IMG/VR virus record: IMGVR_UViG_3300032322_001765
Coordinates: 156,868-220,867 of that record
Direction: 5' to 3' (one strand)
DNA: 64,000 bases
A program made the translations under genes and the position numbers. The notes beneath the pieces were generated by a model. The model made no database searches, was not told where the DNA came from, and worked only from the letters and a program-made list of their open reading frames with translations. Below are positions 20,187 through 27,022 of the stretch, piece by piece (within the stretch, counting starts at the first letter, position 1; each line of letters starts with the position of its first letter).

Positions 20187-20805
20187 TCGCCTTTCCTATA
20201 ATCATGTATCTGTCATACAATGGCAATTCAAGTTTTTTTGCATTATAAACATGTAGTTTGCATTGATCTATAAAATGAGTTAAACTATTGGCAATTCGTA
20301 TGTGTTCATCAATTTTGTAATTATTACTTTGTACTACAATCAAACTATTGTGCGGTAAACAAGTTAACCATGTATCATATTGTTCTTGTGTAATGTGTTC
20401 ACAACTAGTGTTGATAATAATATCTGCATTACTGTGAATTGCACACATATCCGATGTAATTGCTGTAAATCTTCCTTGCATTTCTTCTTTTTTATTCATA
20501 GTTCTAGCTATTTCTTCACAACTAGGATCTATATCGATGGTACGAATATACTTAATAGAAATTTTACTTTGAAAAAGAAAACTAGCAAGAGTGCCGACCC
20601 ACCCGCCGTGTATGTCAATACTGACAGGAAAATTTAAACTTTTATCTTGTTCTGAACTGATAAAACTTTCTAAAGTTTCAATTAACCACTCTTTGCTTTG
20701 TATCTGTCCTCGCCAAAAGGCGTCTAGTGTACGTTTGGGGTCTTTGCTCTCACGAATGGCACACATCCAATAATGCAAGTGTTCAGTGTCTATATTCATG
20801 TTCAA
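20179..20805 (-). CDS. Methyltransferase-like protein
   Basis: IHGGWVG motif-I-like, DIDP, INTSCEH. Confidence 0.55.
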   Translation of the reverse strand: MNMNIDTEHLHYWMCAIRESKDPKRTLDAFWRGQIQSKEWLIETLESFISSEQDKSLNFPVSIDIHGGWVGTLASFLFQSKISIKYIRTIDIDPSCEEIARTMNKKEEMQGRFTAITSDMCAIHSNADIIINTSCEHITQEQYDTWLTCLPHNSLIVVQSNNYKIDEHIRIANSLTHFIDQCKLHVYNAKKLELPLYDRYMIIGKANV

Positions 20806-21792
20806 CTATTCTGTTAACTTGCATTTTGGTATTTTGCTATCTGCCGAACTCACACAGCTAGGGGTTATACACTTTTTTGGCGAGCCAAATAATTTAAAAC
20901 CATCAGTTAATGTTCCTAATGGTTGGTCGTGGCAACTATAACTTCTTTTAATTTCATCTCCCCGTATTATAACACTTTGATACCCTGAATTGCAATACCA
21001 ACCTTTAAAATTATTAAAACCAAAAGAATTAAATCTTTCTGCTTGGTCAAACAAGTACTCATTGTTGTCTTGGTCATACAAGCTTATTTGATATATTTCT
21101 TGCTCCTTTGCCTTTTGGGGGAACCCATTTTGCATTATTGCAATCATTTCGTTTGTGTATCCATCTACAATTGCACTGGCGGTGTCGTTACTCTGTGGCT
21201 TTAGTGTGACATTGATTCCTTTATCATGAAATCTATTACACCTATCATACAACTCATAAAATTGATCTGGTACCATAACTTGATTAATGGTTACGTGAAC
21301 ATTTTCTCCCATTAAGAATAAACATTTTTCTGCAAATTCATTTTCATTCGCAAACTCACTATGATAACTTGCAGTAATTGATTTGCGTTGAAATAGTTCA
21401 GTAGACATGCACCAATTTCCCCACCATTTTTTGCTTGGACTTAAATTAGTAGTCATGTGTATACTTTGGTATGGGGTGATACCATCTTCAAGGTATTTTA
21501 ATAAAGATAATAAATGTTTATAAGCAGTTGGTTCTCCGCCACTAAAGGACCAATGAAATTTATTAAATCTATTTTGCCTTGCTTGAGTTTTTATTGAATC
21601 TATTGTTTGAATGTATTTTTGAAAATCCGAATAGTCAGGCGTTTGGCTATTAGCATAAGGCCAACAATAGCTGCACTTATAATTACAGAACCTACCAAGA
21701 ATCCAACTAATATTAAAGACATCATCTTTTATTAAAGTTTGTTGACCAAATTTTACTATTTTCTCAAATGGAATTTTTGTAAAATCGATCAT
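20806..21792 (-). CDS. Radical SAM protein with twitch-like C-terminus (alternative start 21819)
   Basis: CNYKCSYC, FSGGEP, TTN; CNSG...SCH...CITPSC. Confidence 0.9.
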   Translation of the reverse strand: MIDFTKIPFEKIVKFGQQTLIKDDVFNISWILGRFCNYKCSYCWPYANSQTPDYSDFQKYIQTIDSIKTQARQNRFNKFHWSFSGGEPTAYKHLLSLLKYLEDGITPYQSIHMTTNLSPSKKWWGNWCMSTELFQRKSITASYHSEFANENEFAEKCLFLMGENVHVTINQVMVPDQFYELYDRCNRFHDKGINVTLKPQSNDTASAIVDGYTNEMIAIMQNGFPQKAKEQEIYQISLYDQDNNEYLFDQAERFNSFGFNNFKGWYCNSGYQSVIIRGDEIKRSYSCHDQPLGTLTDGFKLFGSPKKCITPSCVSSADSKIPKCKLTE

Positions 21793-23365
21793 ACTGTTCT
21801 TTGAGCCAGTCGTAGTCATTTATCCTTTTTAATACTTCTGTATCATTCTTGTTAGCCATCGCAAATTCTTTGCCTGCAATAGCTCCGTCAATTGCAAATT
21901 CGCCGTACTTCTTATCTTTGCCTACTGTACACCAAACGTTTAATCTGTCGTTAGTTTCAATTGAGTTTTGTCTATCAATTATTTGACTTGCTAACTTTAC
22001 GCATTCTCTAAATGCACTTCGCCATGTATTGAATGGATCCGTATTAAAATTAGTATAATTACTTAGTTTAATTACAGGTTCGTATAAATTACTTATACTT
22101 GTAGTCATATCAGGTTTATTAGTTTGCATATGTAACGTGTAGAATCTGGGTAATAGCTTTACACCACCGTACCCATATATTAACCCATTAATTGGATTAA
22201 CGCTGCGCCAAACTCTAACTTTGGCTTGTTCATAAAAAGGTACACTAAAATCAAAAGAAAAATCATCAACTAATGATGCATCGGCATCTACTACCCAAAA
22301 ATAATCTGTTTTTGCAATCTTAGCAGCAGCAATGTGTGCTTGATGTATCCCTGCTATGCCGTCAATTCTTTTTGCTTTTGGATATTTTTTAAGTACTAGT
22401 TCAAAATTTTTTTCAGCGTTTGGTTCACCGTAGCTTATGAATATTACGTCAAATTCACCTGGGTATTTGTATTTTATAAATGTTTCAGGACTTCTTCTGC
22501 TTACAGGAATTTCTTCTTTGTATTCTTTGCTAGCATTTGGTTGAAATACATCTACAATTCTTCCATCATTTGTTATAGAACTTAACGATCTACCTAATCG
22601 ATTACATTCAAACAATATATCATCTTTATATAATTCATACTGAGCTTCAAATAGGTTATCTAAATGTTCAAAATCTTTGATATCCCCTATATTAAAATTT
22701 TGTTTTGACAATGCGATATATGCTGCCTGCCTGGCGCCCAATATAGCCCAAACTCCATTTTCAACGTCTGTGCCTAAATGCATCCATCTCCAAAGTCTTT
22801 CATAATTTCTCCAGTTGATTTCTGAAATTTCTTTTACGAATATATCATTTTCCATACATAGTTTGATGCCTTCCCTAAACCCACTTCTCCAAGCTTGCTT
22901 TGGACTTGAATTTATGTTTACATCACTTAAACTACGATTTAATTGTAGATAATTTTTAAAATCAAAATCAACACTATTAGGATTGGAGCTGTTTTCATGG
23001 GTACGCATAGTTTTCAGTTTTTCTACTGGCCAAACTTTGATACCACCGTTACCATACGTATTTCCATTAATGTTGTTTTTACCACTAAAGCTTATTACAC
23101 TGTCGGATACGTTTACGGTATCGACTAGATTCAGTTCAATTTGCAATAAATTATCGTGTACGTAGTTATCACCATCAACAATAATAACGTGACTATGATT
23201 TTCAACAAGATTTGCAACAGCTTTGTGTGCAGTGTCGCTTCCCTTTATATTGTCAACACGCAGTGCATTTGGACAAATTTCTAGTAAGCGTAAGTAATTG
23301 GCTTCTTTGTTTTCCTCTTGATAACTTAGAAAAACGACTGGATAATTTTGAATTTTGAATAGCAT
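21764..23365 (-). CDS. Protein with two tandem glycosyltransferase(GT-A)-like domains
   Basis: Internally duplicated: VVFLSYQE...IIVDGD...GGIKVWP...AWRSGFREGIKL and VIFISYGE...WVVDAD...GGVKLLP...TWRSAFRECVKL. Confidence 0.55.
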   Translation of the reverse strand: MLFKIQNYPVVFLSYQEENKEANYLRLLEICPNALRVDNIKGSDTAHKAVANLVENHSHVIIVDGDNYVHDNLLQIELNLVDTVNVSDSVISFSGKNNINGNTYGNGGIKVWPVEKLKTMRTHENSSNPNSVDFDFKNYLQLNRSLSDVNINSSPKQAWRSGFREGIKLCMENDIFVKEISEINWRNYERLWRWMHLGTDVENGVWAILGARQAAYIALSKQNFNIGDIKDFEHLDNLFEAQYELYKDDILFECNRLGRSLSSITNDGRIVDVFQPNASKEYKEEIPVSRRSPETFIKYKYPGEFDVIFISYGEPNAEKNFELVLKKYPKAKRIDGIAGIHQAHIAAAKIAKTDYFWVVDADASLVDDFSFDFSVPFYEQAKVRVWRSVNPINGLIYGYGGVKLLPRFYTLHMQTNKPDMTTSISNLYEPVIKLSNYTNFNTDPFNTWRSAFRECVKLASQIIDRQNSIETNDRLNVWCTVGKDKKYGEFAIDGAIAGKEFAMANKNDTEVLKRINDYDWLKEQYDRFYKNSI

Positions 23366-23401
23366 GACAATATTTATTAGAAAAAACGGGCAAATAAGTA
23401 T

Positions 23402-23430
23402 TTGACTATATAGATATCTTATTGTACAAT
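23402..23430 (+). promoter_or_regulatory. Sigma70-type promoter
   Basis: TTGACT-17nt-TACAAT. Confidence 0.7.
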
Positions 23431-23502
23431 GTGTACATTGAAAATGCGTAAAAAAGCTAGATAATTTAAGCTTTTATTATGCCAGGACTAAATAACTTTA
23501 CT

Positions 23503-23643
23503 ATGATGAACTTTACTTGTAAAAATACGATGCTGCATGAAGGGCTATGGTCAGTTTTAGCCATAGAGTCTTTTGCGCCTGTATATCCAACAAGTATCCG
23601 TGGCACAAATGATAATCAAAGCGGCTACCGGGGAACGGAATAA
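23503..23643 (+). CDS. Putative leader peptide (46 aa)
   Basis: MMNFTCKNTMLHEGLWSVLAIESFAPVYPTSIRGTNDNQSGYRGTE; TAAATA 8 nt upstream; terminator 27 nt after stop. Confidence 0.5.
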   Translation: MMNFTCKNTMLHEGLWSVLAIESFAPVYPTSIRGTNDNQSGYRGTE

Positions 23644-23670
23644 ACAAGTAACATTATAAAAGTTTATACG

Positions 23671-23703
23671 AACCCTGGAAATTTAAAATCTCCAGGGTTT
23701 TTT
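23671..23703 (+). terminator. Intrinsic terminator / attenuator hairpin
   Basis: AACCCTGGA-11nt-TCCAGGGTT followed by T tract. Confidence 0.8.
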
Positions 23704-23722
23704 GTTGCAGGAATACAACACT

Positions 23723-23881
23723 ATGATTGACAAAATAACAGAAAATGATATAAAATTCGGTTCGCTTGATAACAAAAAGTGGTATGAAGAACATGTGTTA
23801 TCAAAAGAACAACTAGATTTGTTAATAAAAAACAAATTTGATAGGTATAAAAATTATCAAATAGACAAGGTTGATTGCTAA
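23723..23881 (+). CDS. Hypothetical protein (52 aa)
   Basis: CAGGA SD-like site, MIDKITENDIK...KVDC; contains a TTGACA promoter-like site. Confidence 0.4.
   Translation: MIDKITENDIKFGSLDNKKWYEEHVLSKEQLDLLIKNKFDRYKNYQIDKVDC
23727..23756 (+). promoter_or_regulatory. Sigma70-type promoter ahead of the RNA cluster
   Basis: TTGACA-18nt-TAAAAT. Confidence 0.55.
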
Positions 23882-24034
23882 TTTTTATACAAGTGTTTAG
23901 AGAGAACGAGGCTCTTAGGTTCACTATAAAAAATCTTTAACGGGCGGACAGTATACATGAAGTATATGGCGAAAACATATATAGTAAGACTACTGGTTGG
24001 AACGTCGATTCTAACATAATGCGAGATAACTCGC

Positions 24035-24138
24035 ATTATTCTAAAGCATACTCAGTGATATAGGGTACAGTCGGGATGCCGTAATGGATCCTTTTAGATG
24101 AGCGGTTCAACTCCGTTAATAGTATGTTTCAGAATAAT
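24035..24138 (+). ncRNA. Stem-enclosed structured RNA with a T-arm-like hairpin
   Basis: ATTATTCTAAAGCATACT / AGTATGTTTCAGAATAAT 18-bp stem enclosing GCGG-TTCAACT-CCGT. Confidence 0.45.
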
Positions 24139-24147
24139 AATTACAAT

Positions 24148-24223
24148 TGGGGATTCGCCAAGTTGGTAAGGCACCGGATTTTGATTCCGGCATTCGGTGG
24201 TTCGAGTCCATCATCCCCAGCCA
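24148..24223 (+). tRNA. tRNA-Gln(TTG)
   Basis: Cloverleaf, CCGGA-TTTTGAT-TCCGG, encoded CCA. Confidence 0.95.
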
Positions 24224-24225
24224 TT

Positions 24226-24302
24226 GCCCCAATAACTCAGTGGACTAGAGTACTGTGCTACGAACGCAGGAGTCGGAGGTTCGAATCCTTCTTGGGGTAC
24301 CA
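24226..24302 (+). tRNA. tRNA-Arg(ACG)
   Basis: Loop CTACGAA, GGTTCGAATCC, CCA. Confidence 0.95.
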
Positions 24303-24308
24303 TTCTTG

Positions 24309-24337
24309 TTGACTAAATACGTTTGCTTGTTTAATAT
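24309..24337 (+). promoter_or_regulatory. Sigma70-type promoter for pqqA
   Basis: TTGACT-17nt-TAATAT. Confidence 0.6.
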
Positions 24338-24362
24338 GAGCGTTCTTATACAGGAGGTAAAC

Positions 24363-24434
24363 ATGTGGACTAAACCTACAGCACAGGATATGCGTTTTGG
24401 TTTTGAAATCACTATGTATATTGCAAATCGCTAA
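24363..24434 (+). CDS. pqqA: PQQ precursor peptide PqqA (23 aa)
   Basis: MWTKPTAQDMRFGFEITMYIANR with ExxxY core; GGAGGT SD; below the ORF-track length cutoff. Confidence 0.95.
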   Translation: MWTKPTAQDMRFGFEITMYIANR

Positions 24435-24452
24435 TATACAACATTGATGGGC

Positions 24453-24479
24453 AAAAAGGTAGCTATGCTACCTTTTTTT
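24453..24479 (+). terminator. Intrinsic terminator after pqqA
   Basis: AAAAAGGTAGC-TAT-GCTACCTTTTT(TT). Confidence 0.85.
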
Positions 24480-24481
24480 AC

Positions 24482-24557
24482 GGTAGAGTAGCATAGCGGC
24501 TAATGCGCCACCTTCATACGGTGTTTATCGTCAGTTCGAGTCTGACCTCTACTACCA
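24482..24557 (+). tRNA. tRNA with CAT anticodon (Met, possibly Ile2)
   Basis: Loop TTCATAC, T arm GTCAG-TTCGAGT-CTGAC, CCA. Confidence 0.85.
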
Positions 24558-24571
24558 ATAAAGGAAATATT

Positions 24572-24724
24572 ATGCCAATGTATGAAACTACTGTTAGAAC
24601 GCCGAGCGGCGAAGAAAAGAAAAGAATTTATGCGGATACACCGCAAGAGGCTAAAAAACTTTTTGAACAATTGTATGGTGGGCCTAGAGCAGTTCCATAT
24701 ATACCAAAAATAGTACCAAGTTAG
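24572..24724 (+). CDS. Hypothetical protein (50 aa)
   Basis: AAGGA SD, MPMYETTVRTPSGEEKKR; ORF-track start 24503 lies inside a tRNA. Confidence 0.7.
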   Translation: MPMYETTVRTPSGEEKKRIYADTPQEAKKLFEQLYGGPRAVPYIPKIVPS

Positions 24725-24797
24725 GGGGATTAGTTAAATGGGATAACAACGGCTTTGCAAGCCGTGATTAACAGTTCGATTCTGTTATCCTCCACCA
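24724..24797 (+). tRNA. tRNA-Ala(TGC)
   Basis: ACGGC-TTTGCAA-GCCGT; G3.U70 acceptor pair; CCA. Confidence 0.9.
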
Positions 24798-24808
24798 AAA
24801 CATTCAAT

Positions 24809-24885
24809 GGTGATGGTAGCTCAGTTGGTAGAGTCCCGGATTGTGATTCCGGTCGTCGTGGGTTCGAGCCCCATCCTTCACCCCA
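24809..24885 (+). tRNA. tRNA-His(GTG)
   Basis: G-1/C73, loop TTGTGAT, CCA. Confidence 0.95.
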
Positions 24886-24888
24886 AAT

Positions 24889-24966
24889 ACCCTGATGGCG
24901 AAATTGGTAGACGCACCAGTTTAAGGTACTGGATTGTTGAGAGTTCGAGTCTCTCTCAGGGCACCA
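24889..24966 (+). tRNA. Atypical tRNA-Leu(AAG)
   Basis: CCAGT-TTAAGGT-ACTGG; Leu-type D loop; A1.C72 mismatch; short variable region; CCA. Confidence 0.7.
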
Positions 24967-24968
24967 AT

Positions 24969-25044
24969 GCCGTTCAAGCTAACCAAGTGGAAGCGTCTGT
25001 CTGAAGAACAGAATGGCCTGGAGCGTTACCAGGGGTCGGCACCA
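24969..25044 (+). tRNA. tRNA-Phe(GAA) with non-canonical T loop
   Basis: TCTGT-CTGAAGA-ACAGA; T arm CCTGG-AGCGTTA-CCAGG; CCA. Confidence 0.75.
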
Positions 25045-25048
25045 ATTT

Positions 25049-25077
25049 TTGACAAATATTAAATTATTTGTTATACT
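25049..25077 (+). promoter_or_regulatory. Sigma70-type promoter
   Basis: TTGACA-17nt-TATACT. Confidence 0.8.
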
Positions 25078-25081
25078 TGAT

Positions 25082-25156
25082 GAGTCCTTAGTCTAATGGA
25101 TAAGATACTGCATTCCGATTGCATTGATGCAGGTTCGATTCCTGCAGGACTTACCA
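25082..25156 (+). tRNA. tRNA-Arg(CCG)
   Basis: TGCA-TTCCGAT-TGCA, GGTTCGATTCC, CCA. Confidence 0.85.
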
Positions 25157-25188
25157 AAAGTAAATACTATTTTATATAGGAGATTAAA

Positions 25189-25749
25189 ATGTCTGTCTTA
25201 GCTTTGGATATCACAGGAATCCCTAGACAATGGGTTTCAAACGATATTGCAATCACTTACCATGCAAAAGAGATGGTAGCATGGAGTATTGGTGAAATTG
25301 TTGCACGTTATCGTGGTGGCATTCAAAATAATGGCAAAATGAGTTATCTTGAAACTCCTAGTATTATTGCCATTAAAGGACATGGTTTTGATCCTAGCAA
25401 ACATGGCAAAGTTGCACTTACTAATAAAACATTGTTTGGGCGTGACCGTCATGTATGTGCATACTGCGGCGGACATTTTTCGAATTCAAACAACTTAAGT
25501 CGTGACCATATTTTACCTAAAAGCAGAGGTGGTGCAAACAATTGGATGAATGTGGTTACTGCATGTACTCCATGCAATAACAAGAAAGACAACAAAACAT
25601 TGAAAGAGGCACGAATGGAATTGCTTTATGTTCCCTATGAGCCAAATTTCTTTGAAGCAATGATTTTGCAAAATAGAAATATTCTCGCTGATCAAATGGA
25701 ATACTTAATGACAGGTGTACCAAAACATAGCAGAATTTTGTTATCATAA
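25189..25749 (+). CDS. HNH endonuclease
   Basis: RDRHVCAYCG, DHILPKSRGG, NVVTACTPCN. Confidence 0.9.
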   Translation: MSVLALDITGIPRQWVSNDIAITYHAKEMVAWSIGEIVARYRGGIQNNGKMSYLETPSIIAIKGHGFDPSKHGKVALTNKTLFGRDRHVCAYCGGHFSNSNNLSRDHILPKSRGGANNWMNVVTACTPCNNKKDNKTLKEARMELLYVPYEPNFFEAMILQNRNILADQMEYLMTGVPKHSRILLS

Positions 25750-25757
25750 TAAAAACA

Positions 25758-25786
25758 TTGACATAAAATGTTTTGTGTGATATGAT
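25758..25786 (+). promoter_or_regulatory. Sigma70-type promoter
   Basis: TTGACA-17nt-TATGAT. Confidence 0.8.
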
Positions 25787-25805
25787 TGCGTTTAAATAGT
25801 TTTAT

Positions 25806-25880
25806 GCTGGCGTGGCTCAACGGTAGAGCAACGGATTTGTAATCCGTAGGTTGAGGGTTCGATTCCTTTCGCCAGCACCA
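25806..25880 (+). tRNA. tRNA-Thr(TGT)
   Basis: ACGGA-TTTGTAA-TCCGT, CCA. Confidence 0.95.
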
Positions 25881-25886
25881 TTTTAT

Positions 25887-25962
25887 TGTCTAGTAGCTCA
25901 GTCGGTAGAGCAGGTGACTGTTAATCACCCTGTCGTAGGTTCGATCCCTACCTAGACAGCCA
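25887..25962 (+). tRNA. tRNA-Asn(GTT)
   Basis: GGTGA-CTGTTAA-TCACC, CCA. Confidence 0.95.
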
Positions 25963-25986
25963 AACTTCTTGTATTATAGGTATATT

Positions 25987-26181
25987 ATGTTAGTTACTGA
26001 AGCACAAGGTTACAAACTTTTCTGTGAAACACAAAAAATTGATTTCCCGCCGGACACCTATTATGTTCGTATTTTTACCAAATATGAATTTGCTAAGAAC
26101 TCTGATGCGGAGCAAACTAAGATTGAACTTTTTCTAACTAAAAGTGAATTAGACAATCTTAGACAAATGCTTACTGTCTAA
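25987..26181 (+). CDS. Hypothetical protein
   Basis: MLVTEAQGYKLFC; AGGT SD-like site. Confidence 0.6.
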   Translation: MLVTEAQGYKLFCETQKIDFPPDTYYVRIFTKYEFAKNSDAEQTKIELFLTKSELDNLRQMLTV

Positions 26182-26188
26182 TTAATTT

Positions 26189-26263
26189 CTGGCGTTCGTA
26201 TAAGGGATAATACTACAGACTTCTAATCTGTAAATCCAGGTTCGAGTCCTGGACGCCGGACCA
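26189..26263 (+). tRNA. tRNA-Arg(TCT)
   Basis: ACAGA-CTTCTAA-TCTGT, CCA. Confidence 0.9.
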
Positions 26264-26292
26264 AATTATCAAACTAGCAACAAAAATAATTG

Positions 26293-26321
26293 TTGACGAT
26301 AAATCCTATTTGATGTATAAT
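26293..26321 (+). promoter_or_regulatory. Sigma70-type promoter
   Basis: TTGACG-17nt-TATAAT. Confidence 0.8.
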
Positions 26322-26366
26322 TCTTTTTATCGTAGTTAATATCTTTAACAATTTAATAACATTTAG

Positions 26367-26442
26367 GCACCCATCGTCTAGAGGCCTAGGACATTGCCCT
26401 TTCAAGGCAGTAACACGGGTTCGAATCCCGTTGGGTGTACCA
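26367..26442 (+). tRNA. tRNA-Glu(TTC)
   Basis: Loop CTTTCAA, GGTTCGAATCC, CCA. Confidence 0.95.
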
Positions 26443-26502
26443 GTTAATGGTATAACTAACTGTGATACAAGCACAATATGCTTGGTAGATTATACCATAC
26501 TT

Positions 26503-26579
26503 GCCCACTTAGCTCATTCGGTTAGAGCATCGTCTTGATAAGGCGGGGGTGCTTGGTTCGATTCCAAGAGTGGGCACCA
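26503..26579 (+). tRNA. tRNA-Ile(GAT)
   Basis: Loop TTGATAA, CCA. Confidence 0.95.
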
Positions 26580-26660
26580 TATTGAAGCACATTATTAGTG
26601 ACGCTGGGAAGGACAAGATTCAGCGGTAAATAAATCCTTCATTAGTGTGTTTCAATATGG
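26577..26660 (+). ncRNA. Stem-enclosed RNA containing an H-type pseudoknot
   Basis: CCATATTGAAGCACATTA / TAGTGTGTTTCAATATGG stem; inner CGCTG/CAGCG plus GAAGGA/TCCTTC. Confidence 0.45.
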
Positions 26661-26689
26661 TTGACAATAAATCAGTTTGCTGTTAAACT
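26661..26689 (+). promoter_or_regulatory. Sigma70-type promoter for unknown ncRNA
   Basis: TTGACA-17nt-TAAACT. Confidence 0.75.
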
Positions 26690-26696
26690 AGCGGCA

Positions 26697-26895
26697 AATA
26701 AAGATTCCGGTTACTACTTTCCTGAAAGTAGCGTGTGGCGACGATAATTGACCCGGTGGCAGCAAACCGTTAGCGAGGTAACTCCTCAGGCACTGCTAGG
26801 CAGAATCCCAACTGCACACAGACACGAGAATAAACGGGATGGACAGGGTAACAACTCTGCTAAGGGGCGATGCCTGGAAAACACGTAGCCTTAGC
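26697..26895 (+). ncRNA. Unknown GC-richer structured RNA, copy 1
   Basis: No credible ORF; own promoter; shares GATGGACAGGGTAACAACTC and AAGGGGC...GTAGCCTT hairpin with copy 2; ends approximate. Confidence 0.5.
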
Positions 26896-27022
26896 AATAT
26901 TAGTTTTGCAGTTTGTAAGCACAGAAGCCGGCGCGAGGCATTATGTAACCAAAGCAATAAACAGTAATCACGTGTAAAGCTGTTGAGCGAGGCATATAGT
27001 ATAAACTGCAAAACTAATATTG
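26895..27022. repeat. Perfect 20-bp inverted repeat enclosing 88 nt
   Basis: CAATATTAGTTTTGCAGTTT (26895-26914) / AAACTGCAAAACTAATATTG (27003-27022). Confidence 0.9.

Noticed and set aside
9675-21792. One of the SPASM/twitch enzymes being PqqE for the nearby PqqA
   Set aside because: None shows PqqE-specific features I can recognise, and no PqqD/RRE, PqqB or PqqC is present; pqqA is a separate unit on an early-type promoter.
23421-23440. Palindromes ATTGTACAAT and CAATGT-GT-ACATTG over the -10 element as an operator
   Set aside because: Short AT-rich palindromes are expected by chance; no second copy and no regulator gene seen.
24724-24797. tRNA-Cys(GCA) reading of the loop TTTGCAA
   Set aside because: The 5-bp stem and 7-nt loop place TGC at 34-36, and the acceptor stem has the alanine G3.U70 pair.
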